A program made the translations under genes and the position numbers. This document shows, one piece after another, positions 28,051 through 36,807 of a stretch of 64,000 nt of DNA. Source of the stretch: an uncultured Nitrososphaerales archaeon (lineage in GTDB: Archaea; Thermoproteota; Nitrososphaeria; Nitrososphaerales; Gagatemarchaeaceae); NCBI GenBank assembly GCA_963706445.1, contig OY970160.1, positions 576,001 to 640,000 of the forward strand. Direction: 5' to 3'. How positions within the stretch are numbered: position 1 is the first letter of the stretch; the number at the start of each line of letters is the position of its first letter. The notes beneath the pieces are model-generated. The model was given only the letters and a program-made list of their open reading frames with translations. It searched no databases and was not told where the DNA came from.

Positions 28051-29291
28051 GTGTCGTAGCCGCGAAGGAACTCGAAGACGACGCCAAGAAATACGCCTCC
28101 GAGGCGATCCGCCTCGACTCCCAGGGGGCCCACGGAATGGCTATCCAGATGTACCAGAAGGCGATCTCCACCCTTGTCAAACTTGTGCACCTCTACCCCG
28201 ACTACCGCCTGAACAAGCAGTACACAGAGCGGGCCATGGCTTACCAGGAGAGGGTCAGGGCCATACAAGTCGCCCACGGACTCCTCCCCCAGGACCGGAC
28301 TTCAGAGATGGGCGAATGGACCCCACCGACCACCGGTGGGAGGGGTTCCTCAAATGGGAACGGGGGGTCAGCGAACCAAAACTCCGCCAACGGGCCGCAG
28401 GTTGTACAACAGCTCAAGGCTTCTTTCAATGAGCTAGTCATCACCGAGAAGCCAGACGTGAAGTGGGACGACGTCATAGGCCTCGAAGACTGCAAGATGG
28501 CCATCCGCGAGTCGATCGTGTTCCCGTTCCTCAGGCCCGACCTCTTCAAGCTCGGGTGGCCAAGGGGGATTCTCCTCTACGGTCCGCCTGGGTGCGGGAA
28601 GACAATGGTTGCGGCCGCCACTGCCGCTGAGATCGACGGCTACTTCATCTCGGTCGACGCCGCTTCGATTATGAGCAAATGGCTGGGCGAGGGAGAGAAG
28701 AACGTCTCCAAGCTCTTCAGCAACGCCAGGAAGATGCTCAGCGATAACAAGCCGGTAATAGTGTTCGTCGACGAGATAGACTCCCTCCTCGGGACCCGCG
28801 GTCAGGAGGTGGGCGGAGAGGTCAGGGTGAGAGACCAGTTCCTCAAAGAGACCGACGGAATAAACGACAAGGGGAAAAACCTGCACTTGTATGTGATAGG
28901 GGCTACAAACAAGCCGTGGTCACTCGATCCCCCGTTTCTTAGACGCTTTAGTAAGAGGATTCTAGTTCCGATGCCTGATACTGATGCTCGCATGGCCCAG
29001 TTCAAGTTGTACACCGCTCCCCTGACACTCTCCGAAGATGTCGGTCTGGAGACATTGGCGAAGCTGAGTGACGGGTATTCGGGAAGTGACATCAAAGACA
29101 TATGCCAGGGGGTTCAGTTGCGGGTCGTCAGAGAATTGTTCAAGTCAGGCAAAGCGCTCGACAAGGAGACAACCACGAGACCTATCGCTGTAGCTGACTT
29201 TAAGGAGATCATGAGAACTAGGAAGCCTTCGGTCTCGCCCGACATGCTTAGGGCGTACGCCCAATGGTCGAATAGTTTCAGCGCACTCTAA
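28047..29291 (+). CDS. cdvC: Vps4-like AAA ATPase CdvC (MIT + AAA)
   Basis: N-terminal MIT domain, GPPGCGKT, FVDEID, GATNKPW and RRF.KRI motifs. Confidence 0.96.
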   Translation: MSVVAAKELEDDAKKYASEAIRLDSQGAHGMAIQMYQKAISTLVKLVHLYPDYRLNKQYTERAMAYQERVRAIQVAHGLLPQDRTSEMGEWTPPTTGGRGSSNGNGGSANQNSANGPQVVQQLKASFNELVITEKPDVKWDDVIGLEDCKMAIRESIVFPFLRPDLFKLGWPRGILLYGPPGCGKTMVAAATAAEIDGYFISVDAASIMSKWLGEGEKNVSKLFSNARKMLSDNKPVIVFVDEIDSLLGTRGQEVGGEVRVRDQFLKETDGINDKGKNLHLYVIGATNKPWSLDPPFLRRFSKRILVPMPDTDARMAQFKLYTAPLTLSEDVGLETLAKLSDGYSGSDIKDICQGVQLRVVRELFKSGKALDKETTTRPIAVADFKEIMRTRKPSVSPDMLRAYAQWSNSFSAL

Positions 29292-29346
29292 GTCAAGACA
29301 ATACCAAACGACGCATTCCCATAAAAGGCCGAAGGAGGCCACTTGA

Positions 29347-29895
29347 TTGCGATTCAGCGATGTTGTTGATGAACAGAAGGGCTTCGTTGCCGGTGAACTT
29401 GTCCTTCGTTTCAGGCTTCTGACTCGGTTTCTTCGTTCAGTGAAGGTCGTGGTCAAAAGGAGGCAGGTTCGCGCTTCGCTTGAATATCTTGAGGGCACGA
29501 TTACCGGAAACGAATTTCTGCAAGTTCTTGAAGTAGAACACATTCGTCATAAACGGAAGACTAGTCCCCTGAGAACTCTTGGCCCAAGATTCCCAATGAC
29601 TCGAACCCAGGCATTAGAGCTCTCTGCCGTCACATCTGCAAAAGCTAGGATTGAAGGAAATCAAAGAGCATTTCGCAGGCGAATGGAGAGGAGGGTCCTT
29701 TCGTTACCACAGGTATTCGGCGTAAGGGACATCGAAAATGTCATCGGCGTTTCAAAGCCTCGTGCTCAGGTGCTAGGAGTATTGATGGAACGCGAAGGTC
29801 TTGTCAAGAGCCATTTTGAAAGGGTCCCTTCACGCTTTCGCAAAAGAGTGTTTGAAAGGACCTTGACCTCCTACCCTCTCCACGGCCGAGGCTAA
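29347..29895 (+). pseudogene. internally deleted LAGLIDADG-like endonuclease with C-terminal HTH
   Basis: Lower GC. EQKGFVAG stops before the expected xxDGEG and is joined to RFL...VKRRQ...LEYL...ITGNEF. HTH-like tail. Confidence 0.5.
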
Positions 29896-29940
29896 TCCCG
29901 AGTCATTTGCTCAAACTCTTAACCACGCTCTTCTGACCCG

Positions 29941-31260
29941 ATGACGATGCGCCCCCAGCCCACTCCAGTCGAACTGAGAGGGATGGTAGGGAAGAAGGTG
30001 ACAATCTCCGGCTGGGTCCACGACGTGCGGGTCCTCGGCGGCATCAGCTTCGTCCTCCTCAGGAACTCGAAGGGGGTGGTCCAGGTCGCCGCGCCAAAGA
30101 AGGCCGTTTCTCCCGAACTCTTCTCCCTGATCGGCGGACTGCACCAGGAGGACGTGATTAAAGTGACCGGGGAGGCGAAGGAGAGCAAGGTCGCCCGGCT
30201 CGGATTCGAAATAATCCCTTCGACTGTGGTGGTGCTTGTCAAGGCTGACACCCCTCTGCCCCTGGACCCCCGAGGGGTGACCCCGGCGTCCCTTGACACA
30301 CGACTCGAGTGGAGGTCGCTCGAGCTCCGCAGGCCCGAGACCGCGGCGATATTCAAGATAGAGAACGCAGTTGTCCAGGGGTTCGAGAAGTTCCTCCAGG
30401 AATCGGGCTTCATCCGGGCCTTCACCCCGAGCATAATCGGGGGCGTCTCCGAGGGAGGCTCGGAGGTCTTCAAGATCGACTTCTACGGAAAGGAGGCCTT
30501 CCTCAGGCAGGATCCCCAACTCCACCGGCAGCTCACCATAGCCGGGGGGTTCGATAGAATCTACGACCTCGGCCCCAACTGGCGTGCCGAACTCTCACAC
30601 ACCCCGCGTCACATAAGCGAGCACAGGACAATCGCCCCCGAGATGGCCTTCCTCTCAGATGAGAGGGACGTCATGAGGTTGGAAGAGGATATGGTCGCCA
30701 GCGGGATTAGGCATGTTGTCAAGACGTGCCCTGATGAGCTGGGGTTGCTGAAGGCGGAGCTCGAGGTCCCCAAGACCCCATTCCCTGAGATCCAGTTTCC
30801 AGAGGTGTACTCTGTCCTGAAGGGAAAGGGGAAATTCCTCCCCAGGGGGGAGGACCTCGACGAAGAATCGAAGGACATCCTGGCGGCCTACGCCAAGGAG
30901 GAGTTCGGCACGGAGTACTTTTACGCAAACAGGTTCCCATCGAAGGCGAAGCCGTTCTACGTGATGAGGTATGACGACGAACCTGAGTTCGCTAGGTCGA
31001 CGGACTTCTTCCACGGGAGCCTCGAGCTCTCCTCCGGCGGCCAGCGCGAGCACAGGTACGACAAGATAATTGAACAAATCAAGGAGAAGGGGATGGACGC
31101 GAAGGCGCTGAGCTGGTTCACCGAGCCGTTCCGATACGGCGTCCCACCGCACGGAGGGTTCTCCTTCGGACTCGAGAGGTTCGTGGCGAGGCTTCTGGGT
31201 CTGGAGAACATCAAGGAGGCGGCCCTGTTCCCAAGGGACCCCGATCGCCTCCAGCCCTAG
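29941..31260 (+). CDS. aspS: archaeal aspartate--tRNA ligase (possibly non-discriminating)
   Basis: GWVHDVR OB fold, SEGG, Q.PQ, WRAE, ELSSGGQR, PPHGG..FGLER and LFPRD motifs. Confidence 0.95.
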   Translation: MTMRPQPTPVELRGMVGKKVTISGWVHDVRVLGGISFVLLRNSKGVVQVAAPKKAVSPELFSLIGGLHQEDVIKVTGEAKESKVARLGFEIIPSTVVVLVKADTPLPLDPRGVTPASLDTRLEWRSLELRRPETAAIFKIENAVVQGFEKFLQESGFIRAFTPSIIGGVSEGGSEVFKIDFYGKEAFLRQDPQLHRQLTIAGGFDRIYDLGPNWRAELSHTPRHISEHRTIAPEMAFLSDERDVMRLEEDMVASGIRHVVKTCPDELGLLKAELEVPKTPFPEIQFPEVYSVLKGKGKFLPRGEDLDEESKDILAAYAKEEFGTEYFYANRFPSKAKPFYVMRYDDEPEFARSTDFFHGSLELSSGGQREHRYDKIIEQIKEKGMDAKALSWFTEPFRYGVPPHGGFSFGLERFVARLLGLENIKEAALFPRDPDRLQP

Positions 31261-31292
31261 AGTGATCTAATCTCGCGAATGGCGCACGGAGA

Positions 31293-31829
31293 TTACGAGT
31301 AGAGCTTCGCTGCCGCCTCGCGCTCCGTCTCGACAAGGAGCTCGATTCCCCTTGCCTGTTTCACCGCGTCCCTGAGTTTGTCGAAATCCCCGATCCGCCT
31401 CTCACTTCTCTTCGCAGGGACTATGACCTTCGTCTTCTTCTCGCCGTCAGGGAGGAATACTGTGTTCACTGTAAGGACCTTCGCGGGGAAGAACACGTCC
31501 TCGAGGAACTTCCTGTCGCTCCCCCCTGCACTGACTAGCCATACCTTCCCCTTGAGCGCCTCTTCCAGGTCAGCCTGAAGGAGGGAACTTGACCTGAGGG
31601 CGTAGAAGTCCGCTTGCTCGAACTCGAGCACGTAGGAGCCTTTCGCTTCGAAGGCCCTTCTAAGGCACGCCCGCCCAAGCTCCGGTATCTTGTTTGCCAG
31701 GTGGGCTACGGCCTTCGACGCCTCGACGTCAGCGTTTGTTATCTCTCCCTTGAGCAGCCTTTCCTGGCAGTTCCCACATAGTATCCCCGTCCTCGCGTCG
31801 AAGTAGCAGATGGGGAGCTTCGGCTGCAT
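31293..31829 (-). CDS. NusA-like transcription elongation factor with N-terminal Zn finger
   Basis: LPIC.FD..TGILC..C and NTVFLPDG motifs. Confidence 0.8.
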   Translation of the reverse strand: MQPKLPICYFDARTGILCGNCQERLLKGEITNADVEASKAVAHLANKIPELGRACLRRAFEAKGSYVLEFEQADFYALRSSSLLQADLEEALKGKVWLVSAGGSDRKFLEDVFFPAKVLTVNTVFLPDGEKKTKVIVPAKRSERRIGDFDKLRDAVKQARGIELLVETEREAAAKLYS

Positions 31830-31977
31830 CTGATGGCGGCGGAGAATAACGCGAATAAAAAACGTTCGGCCGTCAAATCAGATATTCAGGGTGGGGTCAG
31901 CGTAACTCTTCGACCTTATGAAACTGCTGGACTACTCCCAGCCACCGCTGGCTCGGTGTCTTTCCCGATTGTTAGCC
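31828..31977 (-). promoter_or_regulatory. structured alba-nusA-like intergenic RNA candidate
   Basis: Hairpin, three-way junction and a stem pairing with the downstream start codon. Confidence 0.35.
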
Positions 31978-31990
31978 GTCTCCTGGGGTT

Positions 31991-32299
31991 CTATTTCCCG
32001 AGCTTGATCTCAATGGAGGAGACGTTGCTCATACCGCCGGTCAAAGTGCTCTTGACCTGCTCCGTATTGATGACGATGGACTGCACCTTGATGTCAGTGG
32101 CGAACCGCTTCGTAAGCACTTGGGCTACGTCGACGGCCCGCGAGATGGCCCTGCCTCTGGCCTTCACGGTAACGACGTCTGACCCGTTGTTGATCTGTGT
32201 CAGGATTGCTAAGACATAGTTCATAGTGGGCTTCTTTCCGACATAGATTGTGTTTGGTTCGCGTGGTTGCATTTCTTCATGCTCTGGTTCAGTGGTCAT
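31991..32299 (-). CDS. albA: DNA/RNA-binding protein Alba
   Basis: IYVGKKPTMNYVLA, KARGRAISRAVDVA and VSSIEI motifs. Confidence 0.97.
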   Translation of the reverse strand: MTTEPEHEEMQPREPNTIYVGKKPTMNYVLAILTQINNGSDVVTVKARGRAISRAVDVAQVLTKRFATDIKVQSIVINTEQVKSTLTGGMSNVSSIEIKLGK

Positions 32300-32506
32300 G
32301 AAATTCGAGCCCCTTTGCAGGTTATATTAGCATAACGGGCTCTTTGTCCAGTTTGGGTGTTGAATCGCGACGGGATAATACCTAGATGAATCCCTGGGAA
32401 ACTGTTACTTCCCGCACGACGAGACCCATAGGTTCGCAGCCCGTCTTTCCGAATCGGTTTCCAGTTAGGCGTTAACTTTAATCCCGATGTGATTTGCGCG
32501 CGTGTC

Positions 32507-33604
32507 GTGCGCCTCTTCGAGTATCAAGCCAAGGACCTCTTCAGGCAATACGGCCTCCCACTGCCCAAGTCAGTACTCGCGCGGGACGTCGACGGCATCC
32601 GCGGCGCCCTGGCTTCGCTTACACCACCGGTCGCGATCAAATCCCAAGTCCTTGCAGGCGGGAGGGGCAAGGCTGGAGGGATCGCCATAGTGAGCGACCC
32701 GACCCAGGCAGAGAGAGAAGCTGGGAGGATTTTCAACCTCGCGATAGGCGGTGAGAAGCCCAACGCGCTACTGGTGGAGGAAGCATACCCCCACGACTCG
32801 GAGATGTACCTCTCTGTGAGCCTCGACAGAGGGGACAGGTCTTTCGTCACCATCGCTGCCCAGACGGGGGGCATCTACGTCGAATCCATGTCTGGCAAGG
32901 TCATCCGCAGGGTCCCCCTTGAGGGGATCGACGAGAAGTTCGCCGCGGAAGTAGCATCTCTCCTCAAGCTCCCCGAAGGGCAGGCGGGGCAGTTCGTGAA
33001 GATTCTCCTCTCACTCGAGCTGCTTTCAAGGGAGAAGGAGTGCGAGCTCGCCGAGATCAACCCCCTGGCCGTGGGGAAGGACGGGACCCTAATGCCCCTC
33101 GATGCCAAGGTGATAATCGACGACAACGCACTTTTCAGGCACCCGGAGTTCGCCAAGCTCCACCCCGAGGATGAGTTCGAAGGGGAGGCGTCCCGCCAGG
33201 GCTTCGCCTTTGTGCGCCTTGGAGGTGACATTGCTGTGGTCGGGAACGGCGCCGGACTCGTGCTGTCAACGCTGGACCTCGTGGGGGACGCAGGGGGGAG
33301 CCCGGCCTGCTTCCTCGACCTTGGCGGGGGGGCCCAGCAGGAAAGGATCGAGGAGGCACTAAGATTGGTGAACCGGCTCCCGGGGGTCGATAGGATTCTA
33401 GTCAACATCTACGGTGGAATAACCAGGACCACAGACGTGGCCGCCGGCATCAAGACGATTCTGTCTGAGGGCCCAGTTAAGCCAATCTTCGCGAGGGTGA
33501 GCGGAGCGGAAGACGCTGAGGCGAGGAAGATGCTCGCTGACACGCCGGTCAAGATGTTCCAGACGGCACCTGAGGCGGTGCAGGCTGTGGTGACCGCAAG
33601 ATGA
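32507..33604 (+). CDS. sucC: succinate--CoA ligase beta subunit
   Basis: LFEYQAK, KSQVLAGGRGKAGG, EINPL, NGAGL and FLDLGGG motifs. Confidence 0.95.
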   Translation: MRLFEYQAKDLFRQYGLPLPKSVLARDVDGIRGALASLTPPVAIKSQVLAGGRGKAGGIAIVSDPTQAEREAGRIFNLAIGGEKPNALLVEEAYPHDSEMYLSVSLDRGDRSFVTIAAQTGGIYVESMSGKVIRRVPLEGIDEKFAAEVASLLKLPEGQAGQFVKILLSLELLSREKECELAEINPLAVGKDGTLMPLDAKVIIDDNALFRHPEFAKLHPEDEFEGEASRQGFAFVRLGGDIAVVGNGAGLVLSTLDLVGDAGGSPACFLDLGGGAQQERIEEALRLVNRLPGVDRILVNIYGGITRTTDVAAGIKTILSEGPVKPIFARVSGAEDAEARKMLADTPVKMFQTAPEAVQAVVTAR

Positions 33605-34473
33605 TTCTCCCGAAGCAGGGAGAGCCTGTAATCGTCCAGAACATGACCGGGAGGTACGGCCGGCTCCATACGAGGCTGATGCTCGACTACGGCACAAACG
33701 TAGCCGCCGGGTCTACGCCGGGGAAGGGGGGACAGTCGGTGGAAGGAGTACCCGTCTACAACGCTGTCCAGGAAGCAGTGAATAGGACCGGTGCCAAGGC
33801 CTCCGTCTGCTTCGTGCCGGCTGAGTTCACCCTGGCGGCCGGGAAGGAGGCACTCGACGCGGGGATCAAGCTGCTGGTCATTATCACCGAACACGTCCCC
33901 ATCCGGGACGAGCTCTCACTGGTCCAGTTGGCCGAGGCGAATGGGGCGTCCATCATCGGGCCGAACTGCCCCGGGATTATCGTCCCATCACGCAAAGTGA
34001 AGCTTGGAATCATGCCCGCGCCGTCATTCTCGCCGGGGAGCGTCGCCCTCTATTCTAGGAGCGGGACCCTCACGTATGAGATTGCGGGGCAGCTCACCGG
34101 GGCGGGCCTCGGGCAATCGTTGGCGGTGGGGATTGGAGGAGACCCCATCAACGGCACCACCCCCATCGAATGGATGGACTTCGTCCAGTCCATGGAGGAT
34201 ACGAAGGCCGTGGTCGTGGTGGGTGAAATAGGCGGGGACGCCGAAGAAAGGCTTGCCAGGCACATCGCCAAATCTCATTACACCAAGCCGATAGTTTCCT
34301 ACATCGCCGGGAGGCACGCGCCAAAGGAGAAGAAGATGGGGCACGCCGGGGCGATTATCTACGGGGATTTCGGGACGGCCGACTCCAAGATCAGGGCACT
34401 GACCGCATCCGGTGTGAAGGTGGCAATGACCCCCTCTGAGGTCCCTTCCCTCGTGAAGCAGGATCTAGGCTGA
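33601..34473 (+). CDS. sucD: succinate--CoA ligase alpha subunit
   Basis: GPNCPG, SRSGTLTYE, GIGGD and MGHAGA motifs. Confidence 0.97.
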   Translation: MILPKQGEPVIVQNMTGRYGRLHTRLMLDYGTNVAAGSTPGKGGQSVEGVPVYNAVQEAVNRTGAKASVCFVPAEFTLAAGKEALDAGIKLLVIITEHVPIRDELSLVQLAEANGASIIGPNCPGIIVPSRKVKLGIMPAPSFSPGSVALYSRSGTLTYEIAGQLTGAGLGQSLAVGIGGDPINGTTPIEWMDFVQSMEDTKAVVVVGEIGGDAEERLARHIAKSHYTKPIVSYIAGRHAPKEKKMGHAGAIIYGDFGTADSKIRALTASGVKVAMTPSEVPSLVKQDLG

Positions 34474-34824
34474 CCTTTCTTCGTTCTTCTTTACAGCAGC
34501 CCTGACCAGTCTCTTCACGAGCTCTGTCGGGATCGCCTTGTCCAGGGGGAGGTGGAGGGAGGATTTCGTCATCGTATACCCCTTCAGCTCAATCCAATGC
34601 TCCTCGAGCACGGGGGGGCGCACGAAAAAGCCGATGTGTGAGCTGAACAGGCCGAACCATGCCAGGCGCCCTTTGTACGAGTAATAGGGGAGATGATAGC
34701 TGATGCTCTCCGTTGCTGAGGGGACCACTTCTCTTACAGCGGCCCTGACCTGTCTCAGCTTCTGCTGTGCACCCTTGGGGGCTGCTGAGATGTATTCGTC
34801 GACTGACTTGGGTCCGCGATACAC
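34465..34824 (-). CDS. DUF1801/YdhG-like protein
   Basis: SVDEYI, ESISY..P.Y and L.LPLDK.IP..LV motifs. Confidence 0.85.
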   Translation of the reverse strand: MYRGPKSVDEYISAAPKGAQQKLRQVRAAVREVVPSATESISYHLPYYSYKGRLAWFGLFSSHIGFFVRPPVLEEHWIELKGYTMTKSSLHLPLDKAIPTELVKRLVRAAVKKNEERSA

Positions 34825-34907
34825 GGACAGCCAGGCCAGGGTGCTCCCATTAACCCTTCACTACTGAAAACTTATAGTCGTGAGTTCGAGGGCGACAGAA
34901 AGAAGCC

Positions 34908-35075
34908 ATGCCCATCGCAGACGCGGCCAAGAAGCAGATAGCCCAGAAGAGGAGGCTCTTCCTCCAGGTCTGCCTACGCTGCGGGGCAAGGAACCCGCTC
35001 AACGCCGAGAGGTGCCGCAAGTGCAAGTCTTCTGATCTGAGGCTGAAGAACCGCTCAGTGGGACTTAAGAAGTAA
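34908..35075 (+). CDS. rpl40e: 50S ribosomal protein L40e
   Basis: Manual translation: MPIADAAKKQIAQKRRLFLQVCLRCGARNPLNAERCRKCKSSDLRLKNRSVGLKK. Confidence 0.95.
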   Translation: MPIADAAKKQIAQKRRLFLQVCLRCGARNPLNAERCRKCKSSDLRLKNRSVGLKK

Positions 35076-35107
35076 AGGTCATTATCGGGCCTCCGAACGG
35101 CCTCGTG

Positions 35108-35208
35108 GGGCCCGTGGTCTAGCCTGGTTATGACGTCGCTCTCACACGGCGAATTGGGAGCCCTAGGCTCTCACGCTAGAATCCCCGGTTCAACTCCGGG
35201 CGGGCCCA
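35108..35208 (+). tRNA. tRNA-Val(CAC) with a 26-nt intron at 44/45 (35154-35179)
   Basis: Acceptor GGGCCCG/CGGGCCC, anticodon arm TCGCT-CTCACAC-GGCGA, T arm CCCGG-TTCAACT-CCGGG. Bulge-helix-bulge splice geometry. Confidence 0.93.
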
Positions 35209-35214
35209 CCTAAC

Positions 35215-35631
35215 CTAGCCTCGGAACTGCTCGTATGCGACCCGCGTCAACAGGTCCGCTTCGCTGTTCTGTTCTCTCGGTATCCATTCGAACTGGACCG
35301 AGCCGAACTCCTTGAGCAGGTCTCGGACTTCCTTCAACTTGCCGATATACATCCCACCCTTGATTTTCCACCCTGAGCTCATCTGGCCCACCAGCAGCTG
35401 AGAGTCTGACCTGACCAGGACGTCTCCTTCCATCCGGAGCTCTTTCAGCTTCGTCAGGGCCTTCTCGAGGGCAGTGTACTCCGCGTAGTTGCTTGTCACG
35501 TCCCTACCTGCGAGCCCGGAACCCTCGGCGATCCTCCTATCACCTTCATAGACCAAAAACCCATAGGTACCAGTACCCGGATTCCGGGGTTGGGCAAGAC
35601 CATCGATGTAGACTGTTACGGTCAACAGCAC
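35215..35631 (-). CDS. rnhA: ribonuclease HI
   Basis: YIDG...NPG, N.AEY.AL, SDSQL and WIPREQN..AD motifs. Confidence 0.93.
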   Translation of the reverse strand: MLLTVTVYIDGLAQPRNPGTGTYGFLVYEGDRRIAEGSGLAGRDVTSNYAEYTALEKALTKLKELRMEGDVLVRSDSQLLVGQMSSGWKIKGGMYIGKLKEVRDLLKEFGSVQFEWIPREQNSEADLLTRVAYEQFRG

Positions 35632-35635
35632 TCCT

Positions 35636-36064
35636 CTACATCTGGGGGGTCTGAAGCCTGCTTATCTGTGCTGAGACCTTGTCCACGTAGTCGTTCATCC
35701 GGGCCAGCATCGTCTTGCTCGTAATGTATCCTACCACCATGGCGCCGTCCTTGACCAATAGACGGCGTATTCCCTTCTCGGTCATGATCTGAGAGACGTC
35801 CGAAAGAGGAGCCCCGGCATCGATGCTCAGGAGGTTCAACGTCATTATCTCCCCCATGGTCACCTTCTGGGGGTCCCCCCCTTCCGAAACCACTTTGCAG
35901 ATAATGTCCCACTCCGTCACGATCCCCCTAGGGTCGTTGGGACTCCCGATTATGGCGAACCCGTGCTTGGAGTTCTTCATGGCCTTGGCCACCTCCAGGA
36001 CGGTCGCGTCGGCGGAAACCGAAAGGAAGTCCTTCTCCACTATGTCCCTGGCGTAGAGAACCAC
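35636..36064 (-). CDS. CBS-pair protein
   Basis: Two CBS repeats (GIVTEWDI, IRRLLV). Likely GTG start at 36064. Confidence 0.88.
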   Translation of the reverse strand: MVLYARDIVEKDFLSVSADATVLEVAKAMKNSKHGFAIIGSPNDPRGIVTEWDIICKVVSEGGDPQKVTMGEIMTLNLLSIDAGAPLSDVSQIMTEKGIRRLLVKDGAMVVGYITSKTMLARMNDYVDKVSAQISRLQTPQM

Positions 36065-36274
36065 GAGTGGATAGGTGCTCGTGCTTCTGATAATCCTTTC
36101 GTTGGGGCTTCCCTCCCTCCGATTCAAAGAATCATCAAGCGTAGACGGCAGCTTCGACTCCGGCGACTCGAATCGATCCGCTTGGGTGCCGTGCCCTTTG
36201 TTCTTGCCAATGAAAAACGGAGCGGCTGTCATTGACGACTAGCCGCCAGTCTGGAAGAAGGTCCTAGGCGGACC

Positions 36275-36601
36275 CTACATTCCTTGCTCTTCGCTCGCGC
36301 CTGTGGAGGCCTGGCCTTCGGTGCCCGTTGCCATGCCTTCAGGACCGCCAACGACCGTGCCGGTGGCGAACCTGTTGGCTACCTGAGTCACCTTGACCTT
36401 GCCCTGCCAGCCCTGCTTTGCGCCGGCCACGAAAATCACGAAACCGTCGATCTTCGCAATGCCGTCACCGCGCCTGCTGATCTCGGAAATAGTAACGTCG
36501 TACTCTTTTCCTACTTCAACCGGCTTTGGCTTGAAGGACCTGAAGCCGCCGCTTCCTCCGCTGCTGCTCCGCCCGTAGCCTCCTCCTCGTCCGAAACTCG
36601 T
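36275..36601 (-). CDS. TRAM-domain RNA-binding protein with Gly/Arg-rich N-tail; non-canonical ACG start
   Basis: Manual translation: (T/M)SFGRGGGYGRSSSGGSGGFRSFKPKPVEVGKEYDVTISEISRRGDGIAKIDGFVIFV... No in-frame ATG/GTG/TTG upstream. Confidence 0.88.
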   Translation of the reverse strand, partial: TSFGRGGGYGRSSSGGSGGFRSFKPKPVEVGKEYDVTISEISRRGDGIAKIDGFVIFVAGAKQGWQGKVKVTQVANRFATGTVVGGPEGMATGTEGQASTGASEEQGM

Positions 36602-36807
36602 CTTTTCACATCCTAGCAGTTCGGTACCGCTGAAACCTCGCCCCGCAGTTCGGGTTATTAAGCGTGGTGTCGATCAAAGAGGCCCAGACCAGATTTTTCC
36701 TTTTCATTTCCTGCGAAATGCTTTGGTCGTCTAAGCCACCCGATGATAGTGTTCAAATCCATTGGATTATTCCCTTGGCCGCCTAACCTCGCGACGGGGT
36801 AGACGGA

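Noticed and set aside
32307-32342. GAGCCC...GGGCTC inverted repeat around the alba TATA box
   Set aside because: Short and imperfect; cannot be distinguished from chance without comparative data.
35180-35215. tRNA-Val as an integration site
   Set aside because: rnhA abuts its 3' end, and I saw no duplicated tRNA 3' half in the window.
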